Position numbers and translations under genes: made by a program. From Cyanobacteria bacterium J06626_4 (GTDB lineage Bacteria; Cyanobacteriota; Cyanobacteriia; Phormidesmidales; Phormidesmidaceae), in assembly GCA_038523235.1 (NCBI GenBank), contig JBCBJQ010000011.1:32001-96000 (forward strand): a DNA stretch of 64,000 nucleotides, given 5' to 3'. Below, one piece after another: positions 10,336 through 20,912 of this stretch. The notes under the pieces are model-generated. The model was given only the letters and a program-made list of their open reading frames with translations, had not been told where the DNA came from and made no database searches. The number at the start of each line of letters is the position of its first letter. Within the stretch, counting starts at the first letter, position 1.

Positions 10336-11706
10336 ATGGCAAACGGCAAGCGACGGTTGAGATGGGCAGTGGCAGGCGTCGTTGCCTGTGGGGGCTTGGC
10401 GGGCTTGACCTGCTCGGCTACCCCGCCGCCTGCCGAGGTCGACGTGGCCCCCGACAGCGCGCCTGCTGAGGCCGAAAAATCGCCCCTCACCCTGGCGTTT
10501 GAAGCCGCCGCTGCCGCCGCCCAGCAGGCTCAATCCGCCACGACCGCCGCTGAGTGGAGTGCGGTGGCGACGGCCTGGTCGGAAGCGATTCAAGCCTTAC
10601 AGGCCGTCCCACCGGATAGCCCGCAGTGGCTGTTTGCCCAGCGCAAGACCCGTGAATATTTGATTAACCAGGAGATTGCCCTGTCGCGTGTTGAAACTGC
10701 CGGAGCGCAGCGAGTCTTTCCACCGTTGGGCAACGCCGTGCTGGATGAGCAGTTAGCGGTGTATCTGTCCTATGTTGCGACCTTCGGCAAGCCTGATGTG
10801 TTGGTGATTGGCAGTTCGCGAGCGCTGCAGGGCGTGAACCCCCAGATTTTGCAGCAGCGGTTGTCAGCCCAAGGGATCGACTCGCTCAAGGTTTACACGT
10901 TTGCCGTCAATGGGGCGACGGCCCAGGTGATGAGCTTTGTCTTGCGGCGATTGCTCACGCCCGAGCAGATGCCGCGCCTGATTGTGTGGGCAGGCGGCGC
11001 GCGATCGTTCAACAGCGGGCGGGTCGATCTCACCTTTGCCCGCATTTTGGAATCACCGGGTTATGAGGCGCTAGAAGCGGGCGATCGCCCTGATATTGGC
11101 TGGCTCGATGGCGAAGCCGTGGTGGATGACGCGCCGGCCGATTTAGCCATTGCCACTGCTATTAACGGCTATGGCTTTTTAGAGGTGAGTGACGTTTTTG
11201 ATCCGGCGATTTACTATCAAAATTTCCCCCGAGTGGCGGGGCGGTACGACTCTTCTTACCAAGCCTTTAACCTCGATGGCGTGCAGACTGTCTCCTTTCG
11301 GGCGATCGCCACCTTCACTCAGGGCAATGACATTCCCCTGGTGTTCGTCAACCTGCCCCTCAGCACTGATTATTTAGATGCCACTCGGCTGTTTTACGAG
11401 CAGCAATTTCAGCAATATTTAGCGACTGAGGCTGAGCAGGGTGGTTTTGTGGTGGTGGATTTGCTGCAGGCATGGCCCGACCTGAATAATATTTTTGCTG
11501 ACCCCAGCCATCTCAACCAGGTCGGCGCGGCTCAGGTAGCCATCAAACTAGCGGAAGATCCCACGGTGCCCTGGCATATTTTTGATGATGAGGCGACGAG
11601 TGAGGCCTCTAATCGATCGACCGCGGAGGCCGATGAGCCCGGAGAGTCTGCCCCAGCAGCTGAGGAGAGCGACGATGACGCGCAAAATGGCGGCGCTGCT
11701 GAGTAA
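10336..11706 (+). CDS. Exported SGNH-like (DUF1574-like) protein with an N-terminal helical region
   Basis: Signal peptide, VLVIGSSRA and DPSHLN (GSS...DxxH), acidic tail. Confidence 0.55.
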   Translation: MANGKRRLRWAVAGVVACGGLAGLTCSATPPPAEVDVAPDSAPAEAEKSPLTLAFEAAAAAAQQAQSATTAAEWSAVATAWSEAIQALQAVPPDSPQWLFAQRKTREYLINQEIALSRVETAGAQRVFPPLGNAVLDEQLAVYLSYVATFGKPDVLVIGSSRALQGVNPQILQQRLSAQGIDSLKVYTFAVNGATAQVMSFVLRRLLTPEQMPRLIVWAGGARSFNSGRVDLTFARILESPGYEALEAGDRPDIGWLDGEAVVDDAPADLAIATAINGYGFLEVSDVFDPAIYYQNFPRVAGRYDSSYQAFNLDGVQTVSFRAIATFTQGNDIPLVFVNLPLSTDYLDATRLFYEQQFQQYLATEAEQGGFVVVDLLQAWPDLNNIFADPSHLNQVGAAQVAIKLAEDPTVPWHIFDDEATSEASNRSTAEADEPGESAPAAEESDDDAQNGGAAE

Positions 11707-11803
11707 GCCCATCGTTAGGTGTGTTACTGACTGGATCCCGAGCTGAACCCAATTTTCCCCACTGCGCGCCTGACTGGTGAATTCAGGGGGTTGAGCCAGG
11801 CAT

Positions 11804-12064
11804 TCATTTTTCTAGCCGGATGGCAAACCACTGCATTGTTTGACCCGGCTGCAACTCAAAATCGCAGGCGGTGTTGATCAGTGACTGCGCCTGGGCTTCA
11901 ACCGTGGGGAGTTTGGCCAGGTCACGGGGCAGGTCAGACTGGCGATCACCCAAAATCTTTTCCAGCCGCTGCTGCAGTTCTGCCGCCGTCAAAATCTCCT
12001 CAGCGGCTCCTGGCATCAGCAACACAAAGTGGTCTTCTTCATACATCAACGAGCGATCGGGCAT
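11804..12064 (-). CDS. Chlororespiratory reduction protein 7 (CRR7) family
   Basis: MPDRSLMYEEDHFVLL...DLPRDL...CDFELQPGQTMQWFAIRLEK; start moved to ATG 12064. Confidence 0.8.
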   Translation of the reverse strand: MPDRSLMYEEDHFVLLMPGAAEEILTAAELQQRLEKILGDRQSDLPRDLAKLPTVEAQAQSLINTACDFELQPGQTMQWFAIRLEK

Positions 12065-12351
12065 GGGGAAATTCTCCACAAGTTGAGCAAGAGCATCAAA
12101 CGGATATCCGGTGACAAAGGGCGGGGGCAGGCAGCCAGCGCAAGCCGGGATACAGATTTCCTCACCATGATTCCGCAAGTCGCGATTGCGGTCGAGGCGA
12201 AAGCTCTCTCTTACTGTAACCAAGAGCAGGCAAAGGACTCTGAGAATCGGCCCCGAAGCAAATCTATCTCGATCAGCCTAGAAACCGACTCAAGGCTCAG
12301 CAAGGGTGACCTGGCAAGGCATGATGTCAGTGGTTTGTTGTGCCGTAGGAA

Positions 12352-13143
12352 GTGGTTATGACCGTCATACAGGTGGGGGCGTTTATCGTTTCGGGGTTGT
12401 TTGCCGGGGTGCTCGCAGGCTTTTTGGGCATTGGCGGCGGCACGGTGCTAGTGCCGATTTTGATTACGCTCGGCTATGCCCCCATTCAAGCGGTGGCCAC
12501 CAGCAGCCTAGCCATTATCATCACGTCACTGTCTGGCAGTTTTCAAAACTGGCGCATGGGGTATCTCGACTTTAAGCGCGTGGCGCTGTTGGGATTGCCC
12601 GCCATGATCACGGCGCAGTTAGGAGTGCTGACTGCGAGTCGGCTGCCCGAGTCGCTGTTGCTAATTGCCTTTGCCACTCTGCTGGCGCTCAATATCTATC
12701 TGGTGGGGGTACGCAAGCGACTGGCGCAGCAGCCCAACAGCGACGGGACACCAGCCCCTCGCATTAATCCGGTGGGGGCGCGATTGCTCACTGGCGGCGT
12801 GGCAGGCTTTTTGGCTGGGCTGCTGGGCATTGGTGGTGGGGTGATTATGGTGCCACTGCAAATGCTACTGCTAGGAGAAACCATTAAACGCGCCATTCAA
12901 ACCAGTTTGGGGGTAATTGTATTGACGGCGATCGCCTCTACTATCGGGCATGCCATTCAGGGCAATGTGGTGTGGGTCGGCGGCATTATCTTGGGTTTGG
13001 GCGGCCTAATGGGTGCTCAATTGAGCACCCGAGCATTACCCCAACTGCCAGATCGCGTCGTTTCCCTACTATTTCGCGCCTTGCTGGCAATCCTGATTGT
13101 CTATACACTGTGGCAAGCCTGGCAGCAAAGCGTCGCATCGTAA
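12352..13143 (+). CDS. Sulfite exporter TauE/SafE family membrane protein
   Basis: Repeated GxxxGxxGIGGG motifs, ATSSL, about 8 TM. Confidence 0.9.
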   Translation: MVMTVIQVGAFIVSGLFAGVLAGFLGIGGGTVLVPILITLGYAPIQAVATSSLAIIITSLSGSFQNWRMGYLDFKRVALLGLPAMITAQLGVLTASRLPESLLLIAFATLLALNIYLVGVRKRLAQQPNSDGTPAPRINPVGARLLTGGVAGFLAGLLGIGGGVIMVPLQMLLLGETIKRAIQTSLGVIVLTAIASTIGHAIQGNVVWVGGIILGLGGLMGAQLSTRALPQLPDRVVSLLFRALLAILIVYTLWQAWQQSVAS

Positions 13144-13369
13144 GCGATTTAGGTGTTCTGGTGATGGCAACCAGCTCCGATCTCGTTAATCAGTTTTTCC
13201 GGCAGCTAGCTGCTTTGAATCGCTCATGCCAATTCTCTGCAACAAGACCATAAATCCGGCTCTCCCCCCCCCCTTGACTCCCCGACATTGCCAATGGCCT
13301 GGGAAATTCCGATGAGTAAAAATAACGGCAGTTCGGGTTAAGCTCATCCCCGTTTCTTTCCCCTCTGGG

Positions 13370-13675
13370 GCTAATCCTGTAAGGGTTTCCCCAAAAGCTT
13401 ATGCGGCTTAGCTTGGAACCTCCTTGATAACCTTGGTGGTGGCACTTTTCGGTGGGCTAAAGTCCTGTTGCGGCTTAGCTTGGAACCTCCTTGATAACCT
13501 TGGTGGTGGCACTTTTCGGTGGGCTAAAGTCCTGTAGACCACCTGTCGGGTAGGCTTCCAGCCTGCCGCCCTCACCCGTCGGGGTCAAGACGACACCTGA
13601 ACCGCATGGCTCAGCCGCCTCGAACGGCCAAGATGGCCGTCAAACAAGATAGTCCAAAACCCCTACAGGATTAGC
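13370..13675. mobile_element. MITE-like non-autonomous element (306 bp)
   Basis: TIRs GCTAATCCTGTAAGGGTTT (13370-13388) and AAACCCCTACAGGATTAGC (13657-13675), 18/19 match; direct repeat TCTGGG at 13364-13369 and 13676-13681; no transposase ORF. Confidence 0.75.
13402..13535. repeat. Perfect 67-bp tandem duplication inside the MITE
   Basis: TGCGGCTTAG...AAAGTCCTGT at 13402-13468 and 13469-13535, identical, no spacer. Confidence 0.95.
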
Positions 13676-13855
13676 TCTGGGGAGGGGCTAATGGGGTGGG
13701 TTGCACCACTCTCAGCAGGATGTCGATACCCACCCCGCCTTTGGCACCCCTCCCCAGAGGGGATTGTCGCCTCAATCGGCTGGTAGGAACGCATTCCGAA
13801 CTCAGGTCAAAAATTATGCATCCGGTCTGCTATGGCCCCGCTGTCTCACTGTGAA

Positions 13856-16555
13856 TTAACGATTAAGGGCCTTGTGGATCGCCTGCAGTAAATCTTCAAC
13901 TGCGTAGGGTTTTGGCAAAAAGGCATGAATCGTGAGGTCAGCCTGATTAGACAACTCATTGACCGACACAACACCACTGGTCATCACCGCCTTGAGCTGC
14001 GGGTTGATCTGCTGTAGCGTTTTAAGCGCCGTCGCCCCTGACATACGCGGCATCCGCATATCCATCAGCACGCCGTCAATATCGGCCGATCGCGCCTCAT
14101 ACACCGCGATCGCTTCCACCCCATCGGCGGCGGTGAGCACCCGGTAATTATGGCTTTCTAACAAGGCTCGGGTGACGTAGCGAATTTGAGGTTCATCGTC
14201 TACCACCAAAATGAGTTGCCCTGACCCGAGGGGTAATTCCTGCTCGCTGTCGGGTGAGGGCGATTTGATCGCCGCCGCCGGTAGCGCAATTGTAAAGTGC
14301 GTGCCCTGATCAACCTGGCTGTTGACCTGCAGTAGTCCTTGGTGACTTTTGACGATGCTGGCCACGGTCGAGAGTCCCAGACCCGTACCGGCACCGGGGG
14401 CTTTGGTGGTAAAAAACGGATCAAAAACTTTGTCGATCAAGTCAGGCGGCATGCCGGTACCGGTATCAGTCACGTCAATCACCACGTAGGAGGAGCTGTC
14501 GTGGGCGGGCGAAGACTCCGCGCCATCGGCATCGAGATAAGCATTGCGGGCGGAGAGTGATAGCACCCCACCGGCCGGCATGGCGTCTCTGGCATTCACA
14601 CACAGATTCATCAACACCTGGTACAGATGGGTGGCGTCGCCCATGAGCATCCACAAATCTGGCGGCAGGTGGACTTGAATCGCGATCGTGGGCGGAAAGG
14701 TTTTGCGCACAAATCGCTTAATTTCAGTGAGCAAATAGCCAATATTTAAGGCCGTGAAGTCGCTCGTGGCTCCCTGAGCAAAGGCCAAAATTTGTTTCGA
14801 TAGGGCCGCCCCGCGATGGGCCGAGTTGCCGAGGATATCGATCAGCTCCGCCGTGGTTGGATCATCCTTGGGCAGCTTGTAGGGCAAAATCTGAGCGATG
14901 CCCAAAATTGGGGTCAAAATATTATTCAGGTCATGGGCGATGCCGCTGGCTAACGTGCCCAGACTTTCGAGCCGCTGGGCTCGCAGCAGCTGAGCTTCTA
15001 ACTGCTTGCGTTCAGTAATGTCAGTGTCAACCGACAAGACGGCTGCCGGCTGCCCGGCGGCGTTGCGCACCAGGGTCCAACGGCTCTCGATGATGCGCAC
15101 CTTGTTTGCCTTGGTGGATTTTTGCAGCTCACCGTGCCATTCCCCGTGGTTGAGCACCGTCTGCCAGGCTAACTCCAGCTGGTGAAAAGGTTCTGAGTTG
15201 AGCAGCGTATCGACATTGCGACCCAGAACTTCGGACGATGGCCAACCGTAGATCTGTTCTGCCCCGCGACTCCAAAAGAGCAGCCGACTCTCGAGGTCAC
15301 GCACGAGAAAGGCATCCGTCGCAATGTCGATGAGTTCGGCCTGTTCTTTCAGCAATTGTTCCGTGCGTTTGCGGGCGGTGATATCGCGCTGAATCGCAAC
15401 GAAATGGGGCACCTGCTGGTCCCTGGCATTGGCGATGGTAATCGGCACTAACTCCAGCTCCACCCAAAACTCAGTGCCGTCTTGCCGGTAGTTGATCAGT
15501 TCTTCGCGAATTTTTTGACGGGTTTTCAGGGCGGCCCGAATGCGATCGAGGCTGGCGCGATCGGTTTTCGGGCCTTGCAAAATGCGCGGCGTTTGACCCA
15601 CGATTTCGGCCTGGGTGTAGCCAGTCATTGCCGTAAATGCCGGGTTGACATAGACAATGCGCGGCCCCGGCGGCTCAATCAGATCAGCCTCGGTGACCAG
15701 CACGGCATCATTCGCGTGCAGCACTACCGATTCCAGCAGGCGCAGCTGATCTTGCCGCTGCTGGCGATCGGTCACATCCATCACGGTGCCCAAGAGCTTG
15801 ACGACATCGCCCTGGGCGTTTTTAATGGCCTCGCTGGTGCCTTCTAGGTAGCGGCGCTCCCCCGTAGGACGCCTAATTTGTCCGGCTAGGGGTTGGGGTT
15901 CACCCGTGGCGATCGCCCACTGCAACGTTTGTTTGACTCGGGTCCAATCTTCAGGCGAAAAGAACTGGGCAAGATGGGATAGTTCGGGGGCTGGGGCGTT
16001 GGGATTCAGGCCAAACAATCGCAACATTTCAGCGGAGCATAGGGGCGTGCGGGTCACCAAGTCAAATTCCCAACTGCCAATGTGAGCCAGTTCCTGGGCT
16101 TTCGCCAAGTTCGCTTGGCTGCGCCGCAGGGCGGTCTCAGCTTGCTTGTCGGTGCTAATGTCAACAATCAGCGCGTAATAGCCCTGCACGCGATCATGAC
16201 GATCAAAATCGGGAATCAGCGTGCCCCGAATATGACGACGCCCCTGGGCGTAGGGCAGCACTGCCTCATAGGTCACCTGTTCACCATCAAAGACTTGGTC
16301 AATATAGGGCTTGACCTTTTGATAGGCGACATCGCCTATCACTTGCCAGAGGTATTGACCATCAATGGTTTGGCGATCTAATTGAAACCAAGCTTCATAG
16401 GTGGTATTGACAAAGCGATAGCGCAAATCGGCATCAAGGTAAGAAACACAGGCCGGCAACTCATCCACAATCAAGTTCAGGCGCGATTCATAATGAGACG
16501 AATCAGTGGGCGCTGGATAGCGATCGCTAATGTCACAAAAGGGATAACTTTGCAT
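13856..16555 (-). CDS. Hybrid sensor histidine kinase: 4 PAS domains (third is LOV-like), HisKA, HATPase, REC
   Basis: H-box [12 protein letters not shown]-box [30 protein letters not shown]; receiver LVVDDE...LMDMRMP...LPKP. Confidence 0.92.
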   Translation of the reverse strand: MQSYPFCDISDRYPAPTDSSHYESRLNLIVDELPACVSYLDADLRYRFVNTTYEAWFQLDRQTIDGQYLWQVIGDVAYQKVKPYIDQVFDGEQVTYEAVLPYAQGRRHIRGTLIPDFDRHDRVQGYYALIVDISTDKQAETALRRSQANLAKAQELAHIGSWEFDLVTRTPLCSAEMLRLFGLNPNAPAPELSHLAQFFSPEDWTRVKQTLQWAIATGEPQPLAGQIRRPTGERRYLEGTSEAIKNAQGDVVKLLGTVMDVTDRQQRQDQLRLLESVVLHANDAVLVTEADLIEPPGPRIVYVNPAFTAMTGYTQAEIVGQTPRILQGPKTDRASLDRIRAALKTRQKIREELINYRQDGTEFWVELELVPITIANARDQQVPHFVAIQRDITARKRTEQLLKEQAELIDIATDAFLVRDLESRLLFWSRGAEQIYGWPSSEVLGRNVDTLLNSEPFHQLELAWQTVLNHGEWHGELQKSTKANKVRIIESRWTLVRNAAGQPAAVLSVDTDITERKQLEAQLLRAQRLESLGTLASGIAHDLNNILTPILGIAQILPYKLPKDDPTTAELIDILGNSAHRGAALSKQILAFAQGATSDFTALNIGYLLTEIKRFVRKTFPPTIAIQVHLPPDLWMLMGDATHLYQVLMNLCVNARDAMPAGGVLSLSARNAYLDADGAESSPAHDSSSYVVIDVTDTGTGMPPDLIDKVFDPFFTTKAPGAGTGLGLSTVASIVKSHQGLLQVNSQVDQGTHFTIALPAAAIKSPSPDSEQELPLGSGQLILVVDDEPQIRYVTRALLESHNYRVLTAADGVEAIAVYEARSADIDGVLMDMRMPRMSGATALKTLQQINPQLKAVMTSGVVSVNELSNQADLTIHAFLPKPYAVEDLLQAIHKALNR

Positions 16556-17019
16556 GCGAATTCAAAATCCTATCGCGGCGAAAACTTGAAATCGAATGAC
16601 GATCCTGAAAAGAAGCTTAACTGACTGTATTTTTATTCCTGAAAACTTATTAAGTAATGTCTATTTTGCTGTCGAAATTATTCGTTGGCTCGTTGACGGC
16701 ATCAGCGATATCGCAGTCGCCAGTCCAGTTAGGGAAAGACTACGGCCTCTTTGCTGAGGCGCGAAGATTTCTGAATTTGCCCATATCGATGAAGGGGGCT
16801 CGACCTACAGCGATCGCAAGCCGCAGTTTGATCCACTCATTGCCGATGGCGGCAGTCGCCATCTGATCAATCTTTTAATTCTGCCTTCCAACTTCCGCAT
16901 TCCGAAGGCTGCTGTACCCCTCTTTCCAACAGTTGCCCTTGGCACCTGTCGAGTCACCTATGATGGCATTGCGGAGTATGTGCAGTAGGCAATCACGGCC
17001 TTTGATATGGTTTCGAAAG

Positions 17020-17922
17020 CTATTCAGTAAAGTAATCAAGATCAATTTTCTTGACTTCGTAGACTTCTTTGGTGCTAACGCCAACGCCGAATTCAATCAT
17101 GTATTGGGCAAGCAATTTGCCATCAAGAAGAATTATTTTGCTGTCAATGCGAGATACAAAATCTCTTGCTTCAGCCGTAAAGGTTGACGATGTGATAAAG
17201 ATTCCTTTTTTGGCTCTGAACCCCTGCAATGCCCCTGCGAATTTCTGCACTTCAGGACGACCGACTGGAGCTTCCCACCGTTTAGCCTGCACGTAGATAA
17301 TATCCAGACCTAACCGATCTTCGTTGATAGTGCCGTCAATTCCACTGTCGCCGCTACGGCCAACAATCTTGCTCGCATCTTTGCGAGTGCCACCGTATCC
17401 CATCTTGACTAATACATCGATAACAAGCCTCTCAAAGAATCCCGGAGAGCCGTGCTTGATGGTGTCAATCAACTCAGATGCCACTTCCTGCGTTAATCCC
17501 TGGACAATTGATTCCAAGTTTTCCTCAGGCGTTTTTTCAGAAACTTGAGAGCTTTCTTCAGAATCTGAGGTGTCCCGCTTGAAGTTTTTGAACTCAACGA
17601 ATTCAGGAAATTGCTCCAAGAATTTAACGTTGATGCTGGCAGGTCTTTGCCGAACAACAGATTGGCCCCTATCAGTGATTTGCAGATAACCACGCCGAGT
17701 TGTCTTCAGCAGTTCAGCCTTTTTGAGATAGGTTCTAGCCCACCCCACGCGATTGTCAAAAGTGGCTTGTCGACCACTTGGCAGCATTTCTTGGGTATCT
17801 GCTTCGCTCAGATTGAAATGAGCAGAAAGCATATCGATTGCTTCTCTCAAGGAATATTCTCGACCATCTGCTGACATGTTCAGCAGTGGCAGCATAATGG
17901 ATTGATAATCAGGAATGGGCAC
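17020..17922 (-). CDS. mrr: Mrr-family type IV restriction endonuclease
   Basis: Mrr_N (MPIPDYQSIMLPLL...FDNRVGWARTYL) plus catalytic GDSGIDG...YVQAKRW and KGIFITSS. Confidence 0.9.
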   Translation of the reverse strand: MPIPDYQSIMLPLLNMSADGREYSLREAIDMLSAHFNLSEADTQEMLPSGRQATFDNRVGWARTYLKKAELLKTTRRGYLQITDRGQSVVRQRPASINVKFLEQFPEFVEFKNFKRDTSDSEESSQVSEKTPEENLESIVQGLTQEVASELIDTIKHGSPGFFERLVIDVLVKMGYGGTRKDASKIVGRSGDSGIDGTINEDRLGLDIIYVQAKRWEAPVGRPEVQKFAGALQGFRAKKGIFITSSTFTAEARDFVSRIDSKIILLDGKLLAQYMIEFGVGVSTKEVYEVKKIDLDYFTE

Positions 17923-18201
17923 GAGAATATTTCAGGCAAGAGACTACACGTCATCAGATTACCCATTGCTTGACTGCCCAGTTCTAATTGCTCTGGTTTC
18001 GGTAAGTCTGCCCGAAAACTTTGACAATGACTGTCCTCAAAACAACCAAGTTAGTGACTTTGACGCAGGTAGGAGATTTCTGATAATTCTAAAGATACCC
18101 ATCCTGCAGTGCGTTGCGCTGCGCTGACAGCACCCCACCAACGGTAAATTCTTTTCTAAAGATCCCCTTAGACGAATCACCCCGGAATCCCGTGAGGCCC
18201 A

Positions 18202-18465
18202 TCAGGAGCCCTTTTGATTGGCGGAACGAAACCGGCCTGATAAAAACGGACGCTGCTGACGATGCTTGGTGCTGCGACCGGTAACCCGCTTGCGCCACAT
18301 CCGAAAGCTGCTTGCTTTCATTGATTGCCGCATGAGCCGAATGACGTCCTTTTCTGGCAGGCCAAACTGCAGTTCGATCGCCTCAAACGGGGTGCGATCT
18401 TCCCAAGCCATCTCAATGATGCGATCGCGATCGCCGGCACTCAGTTCTGGCAAAGCTTTTCCCAT
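18202..18465 (-). CDS. TIGR03643/DUF2805 family protein
   Basis: RIIEMAWEDRTPFEAI..QFGL.E..VI.LMR...SSFRMWRKRV. Confidence 0.85.
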   Translation of the reverse strand: MGKALPELSAGDRDRIIEMAWEDRTPFEAIELQFGLPEKDVIRLMRQSMKASSFRMWRKRVTGRSTKHRQQRPFLSGRFRSANQKGS

Positions 18466-18668
18466 GGTGGCTCTCGTTCAATCAACGTCAGTGCTGAGGC
18501 ATCTAGCCTTCAGCGTCGCCCCTTCATCCTAACGAGCTGGTCGCCCAGACAGGAGCGAGACACCACATCTCTATCCCGTGGCGGATTTGAACGATGATTC
18601 GCCCGTCTAAATCTGCCCGTGAGCGGGTAAGGTTGATTTGGCATTATTGATTAGGAAAATACGCGATC

Positions 18669-19619
18669 GTGGCGGCTACTTTTTTTCAGCGCAATTCTGA
18701 CCTGCAGGCGGTTTTAGACCAGGTACTTGAGCAAACCTGGGCCGAGTTTCCAAAACTGGCACGGAACCAAATTGCCGCCACCTGGATTGTGTATGAGCCC
18801 CCGTTTCCGATCAACACGGGCGGGGCAATTAGCGCAGCTGATTTTTGGCAGCAGTCGCCGCCGGGGGCCAGCTATCGCGGGGTCGAGGCGATCTACCCAG
18901 CCAGCGTGGTGAAGCTGTTTTACCTCGTGGCGGCCCACGAATGGTTAGAACGGGAAATGGTGTCGTCAACGCCAGAGCTGGTGCGAGCGCTGCGCGACAT
19001 GATTGTCGATTCCAGCAATGATGCGACGGGGCTCGTGGTGGATGTGCTGACCGGGACGACCAGTGGCCCCGAGCTGCCAGCCGGGCCGCTAGAAACCTGG
19101 CAGACCCAGCGCAACATCGTGAATCGCTATTTTGAGTCGCTGCAGTGGCCGGAGCTGGCGACGATTAACGTCAATCAAAAGACTTGGTGTGATGGCCCCT
19201 ATGGTCGTGAGCGGCTGTTTTTGGGTGAGACCTATGAAAATCGCAATGTGCTGACGACGGAAGCAACAGCCCGACTGCTGCACAGCATCATCGGTGGGGT
19301 GGCAGTCACCGGGGAGCGATCGCAGGCGATGATGGCGCTGTTGCAGCGATCGCTCGATCTCCGCCAGTTGGCCGCTGATCCTGAGAATCAGGTCACGGGC
19401 TTTTTAGGGGCGGGCCTACCGCTTACCGCTCAACTGTGGTCAAAAGCCGGACTCACCAGCAAGGTGCGTCACGATGCTGCCTATATTGAGCTGCCAGAGC
19501 ACCCGCCGTTTCAATTGGTGGTCTTTACGGAAGGCGCAGACGCGAGCCAAAACGAACACATCTTGCCGTTTGTGGCCCAAACGTTATTACCAGCCTGGTC
19601 CGCAGCGGCTATGGGCTGA
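18669..19619 (+). CDS. Serine hydrolase, class A beta-lactamase-like
   Basis: PASVVK (SxxK), SSN (SxN) and SKAG (KTG-like). Confidence 0.85.
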   Translation: MAATFFQRNSDLQAVLDQVLEQTWAEFPKLARNQIAATWIVYEPPFPINTGGAISAADFWQQSPPGASYRGVEAIYPASVVKLFYLVAAHEWLEREMVSSTPELVRALRDMIVDSSNDATGLVVDVLTGTTSGPELPAGPLETWQTQRNIVNRYFESLQWPELATINVNQKTWCDGPYGRERLFLGETYENRNVLTTEATARLLHSIIGGVAVTGERSQAMMALLQRSLDLRQLAADPENQVTGFLGAGLPLTAQLWSKAGLTSKVRHDAAYIELPEHPPFQLVVFTEGADASQNEHILPFVAQTLLPAWSAAAMG

Positions 19620-19820
19620 CTGGCGGGTGCCATGAGAACGGTTATTTAAGTGGCGGGTGATGCGATCTGACAGTGGTAGAATCTGCTTGAATTTTTCACA
19701 GTGACTGCAGAGCCACCCCAGAGCCCAATCGCCGGCATCGCCGAGGGGGAAGGGGCAAGCTGCTGCTTTTTATCGCTGCTGAGAAATGCTTCATGGTGTA
19801 TTGATGGAGTGATTATAAAC

Positions 19821-20735
19821 ATGGCTGCTTTCCAACGCCTTAATTTCTTTGCGGGTGGTGCCGCTATCGCGCTGCTGTTAGCGGTTCCAGCTCAGGCTGA
19901 GGATGATCTGACCGCAGACCTGCAGACCGACGTGACCGGGACGGCCTTGGCGCGAGTCGATCTAGCGGCGGCAGAGGCGGCGATCGCCGCCGTTGAGGTT
20001 GACCGAATGACCGAGTTGGCCGCCGAGCCGCTGGCCGCTAAGACCGAGAATAGTGGGGTAAAAGCGGCTCCGGCAGCTGGGCTCGTCGCGGCTCAGACCC
20101 TAGAGGACTTCTTGGCGGCATCGAGCCCTGCTAACGCTGATTTCGCTGAGGCGACTGTCGTGACTTTGGCGGCGGTTGATGCCGTAGTGGAGGAGCCATT
20201 CGTCACCTCGGCGGCCGCACTTGATCTAGAGACGGCCGCTACGCTCGCCGCCGGAACTGAAAGCGCCGCCGCGACGGAGACCTTGGCCCAAGGCGAAGCG
20301 GTCGCCCAGGTCACAAGACCGCTCTATCGTGGCGTCACCCCCTTTTATGTCGGATTTGGGGGCAATATCGGCATTGTGGATAGTGACAAGAGCGCCGTTG
20401 GCGATTTTGGCTTCAACATCATCAGCAAAATTTCCCTTGGCCCTCGGTTTGCGGTGCGGCCTTCGGTGCAGTTCTCGGAAGACGAAGTCAGCGTGGCGAT
20501 CCCCGTCACTTACAACTTCAATCCGATTGATACTGGTCGGTTCAGCATTTATCCCTCGCTCGGCGGCGGCATTGACATTGGCAGTGACCTGGGTCTGTTG
20601 ATCAACGGTGGGGTGGATATCCCGATCTCGCGGGCGTTCACGCTCAACAGTCAGATCAATTGGCGCGTCACTGAAGACACCGGCCTCGGCCTTTCTCTGG
20701 GCGTGGCGTATAACTTCCCTGTCTTCTTTGAGTAA
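19821..20735 (+). CDS. Exported protein with an Ala/acidic linker and a C-terminal outer-membrane beta-barrel-like domain
   Basis: Signal peptide; amphipathic beta-strands ending GVAYNFPVFFE; start moved to ATG 19821. Confidence 0.6.
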   Translation: MAAFQRLNFFAGGAAIALLLAVPAQAEDDLTADLQTDVTGTALARVDLAAAEAAIAAVEVDRMTELAAEPLAAKTENSGVKAAPAAGLVAAQTLEDFLAASSPANADFAEATVVTLAAVDAVVEEPFVTSAAALDLETAATLAAGTESAAATETLAQGEAVAQVTRPLYRGVTPFYVGFGGNIGIVDSDKSAVGDFGFNIISKISLGPRFAVRPSVQFSEDEVSVAIPVTYNFNPIDTGRFSIYPSLGGGIDIGSDLGLLINGGVDIPISRAFTLNSQINWRVTEDTGLGLSLGVAYNFPVFFE

Positions 20736-20811
20736 GTTTGGGTTTGAAAGCTTTCGAGCATTGAGTTTGAGGTGGGATGACTCCTGACCTCGCTCGTTAT
20801 AAATCTCCTTG

Positions 20812-20841
20812 AAGGCAGCGTCATTTTGATGCTGCCTTTTT
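20812..20841 (+). terminator. Intrinsic terminator
   Basis: AAGGCAGCGTCA-TTT-TGATGCTGCCTT followed by Ts. Confidence 0.75.
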
Positions 20842-20912
20842 CACGCGGTCCTTAAGGGTCTCTCAGAAAGCCACTGTGACCGCATCTCCATCATCGACCT
20901 GGGCGATCGCTA

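Larger units (their letters stand above)
13360..13762. repeat. Palindromic REP-like repeat interrupted by the MITE
   Basis: The reconstructed empty site CCCCTCTGGGGAGGGG is the exact reverse complement of CCCCTCCCCAGAGGGG (13747-13762); inner arms GGGGTGGGT (13693-13701) and ACCCACCCC (13728-13736). Confidence 0.65.

Noticed and set aside
13264..13273. C10 homopolymer as a phase-variation switch
   Set aside because: Intergenic between convergent genes, with no promoter or ORF to switch
13402..13535. CRISPR array
   Set aside because: Only two directly abutting 67-bp units, with no spacers and no cas genes
16875..17187. Short ORFs downstream of mrr as a partner gene
   Set aside because: No recognisable motif; they overlap mrr or lie antisense to it
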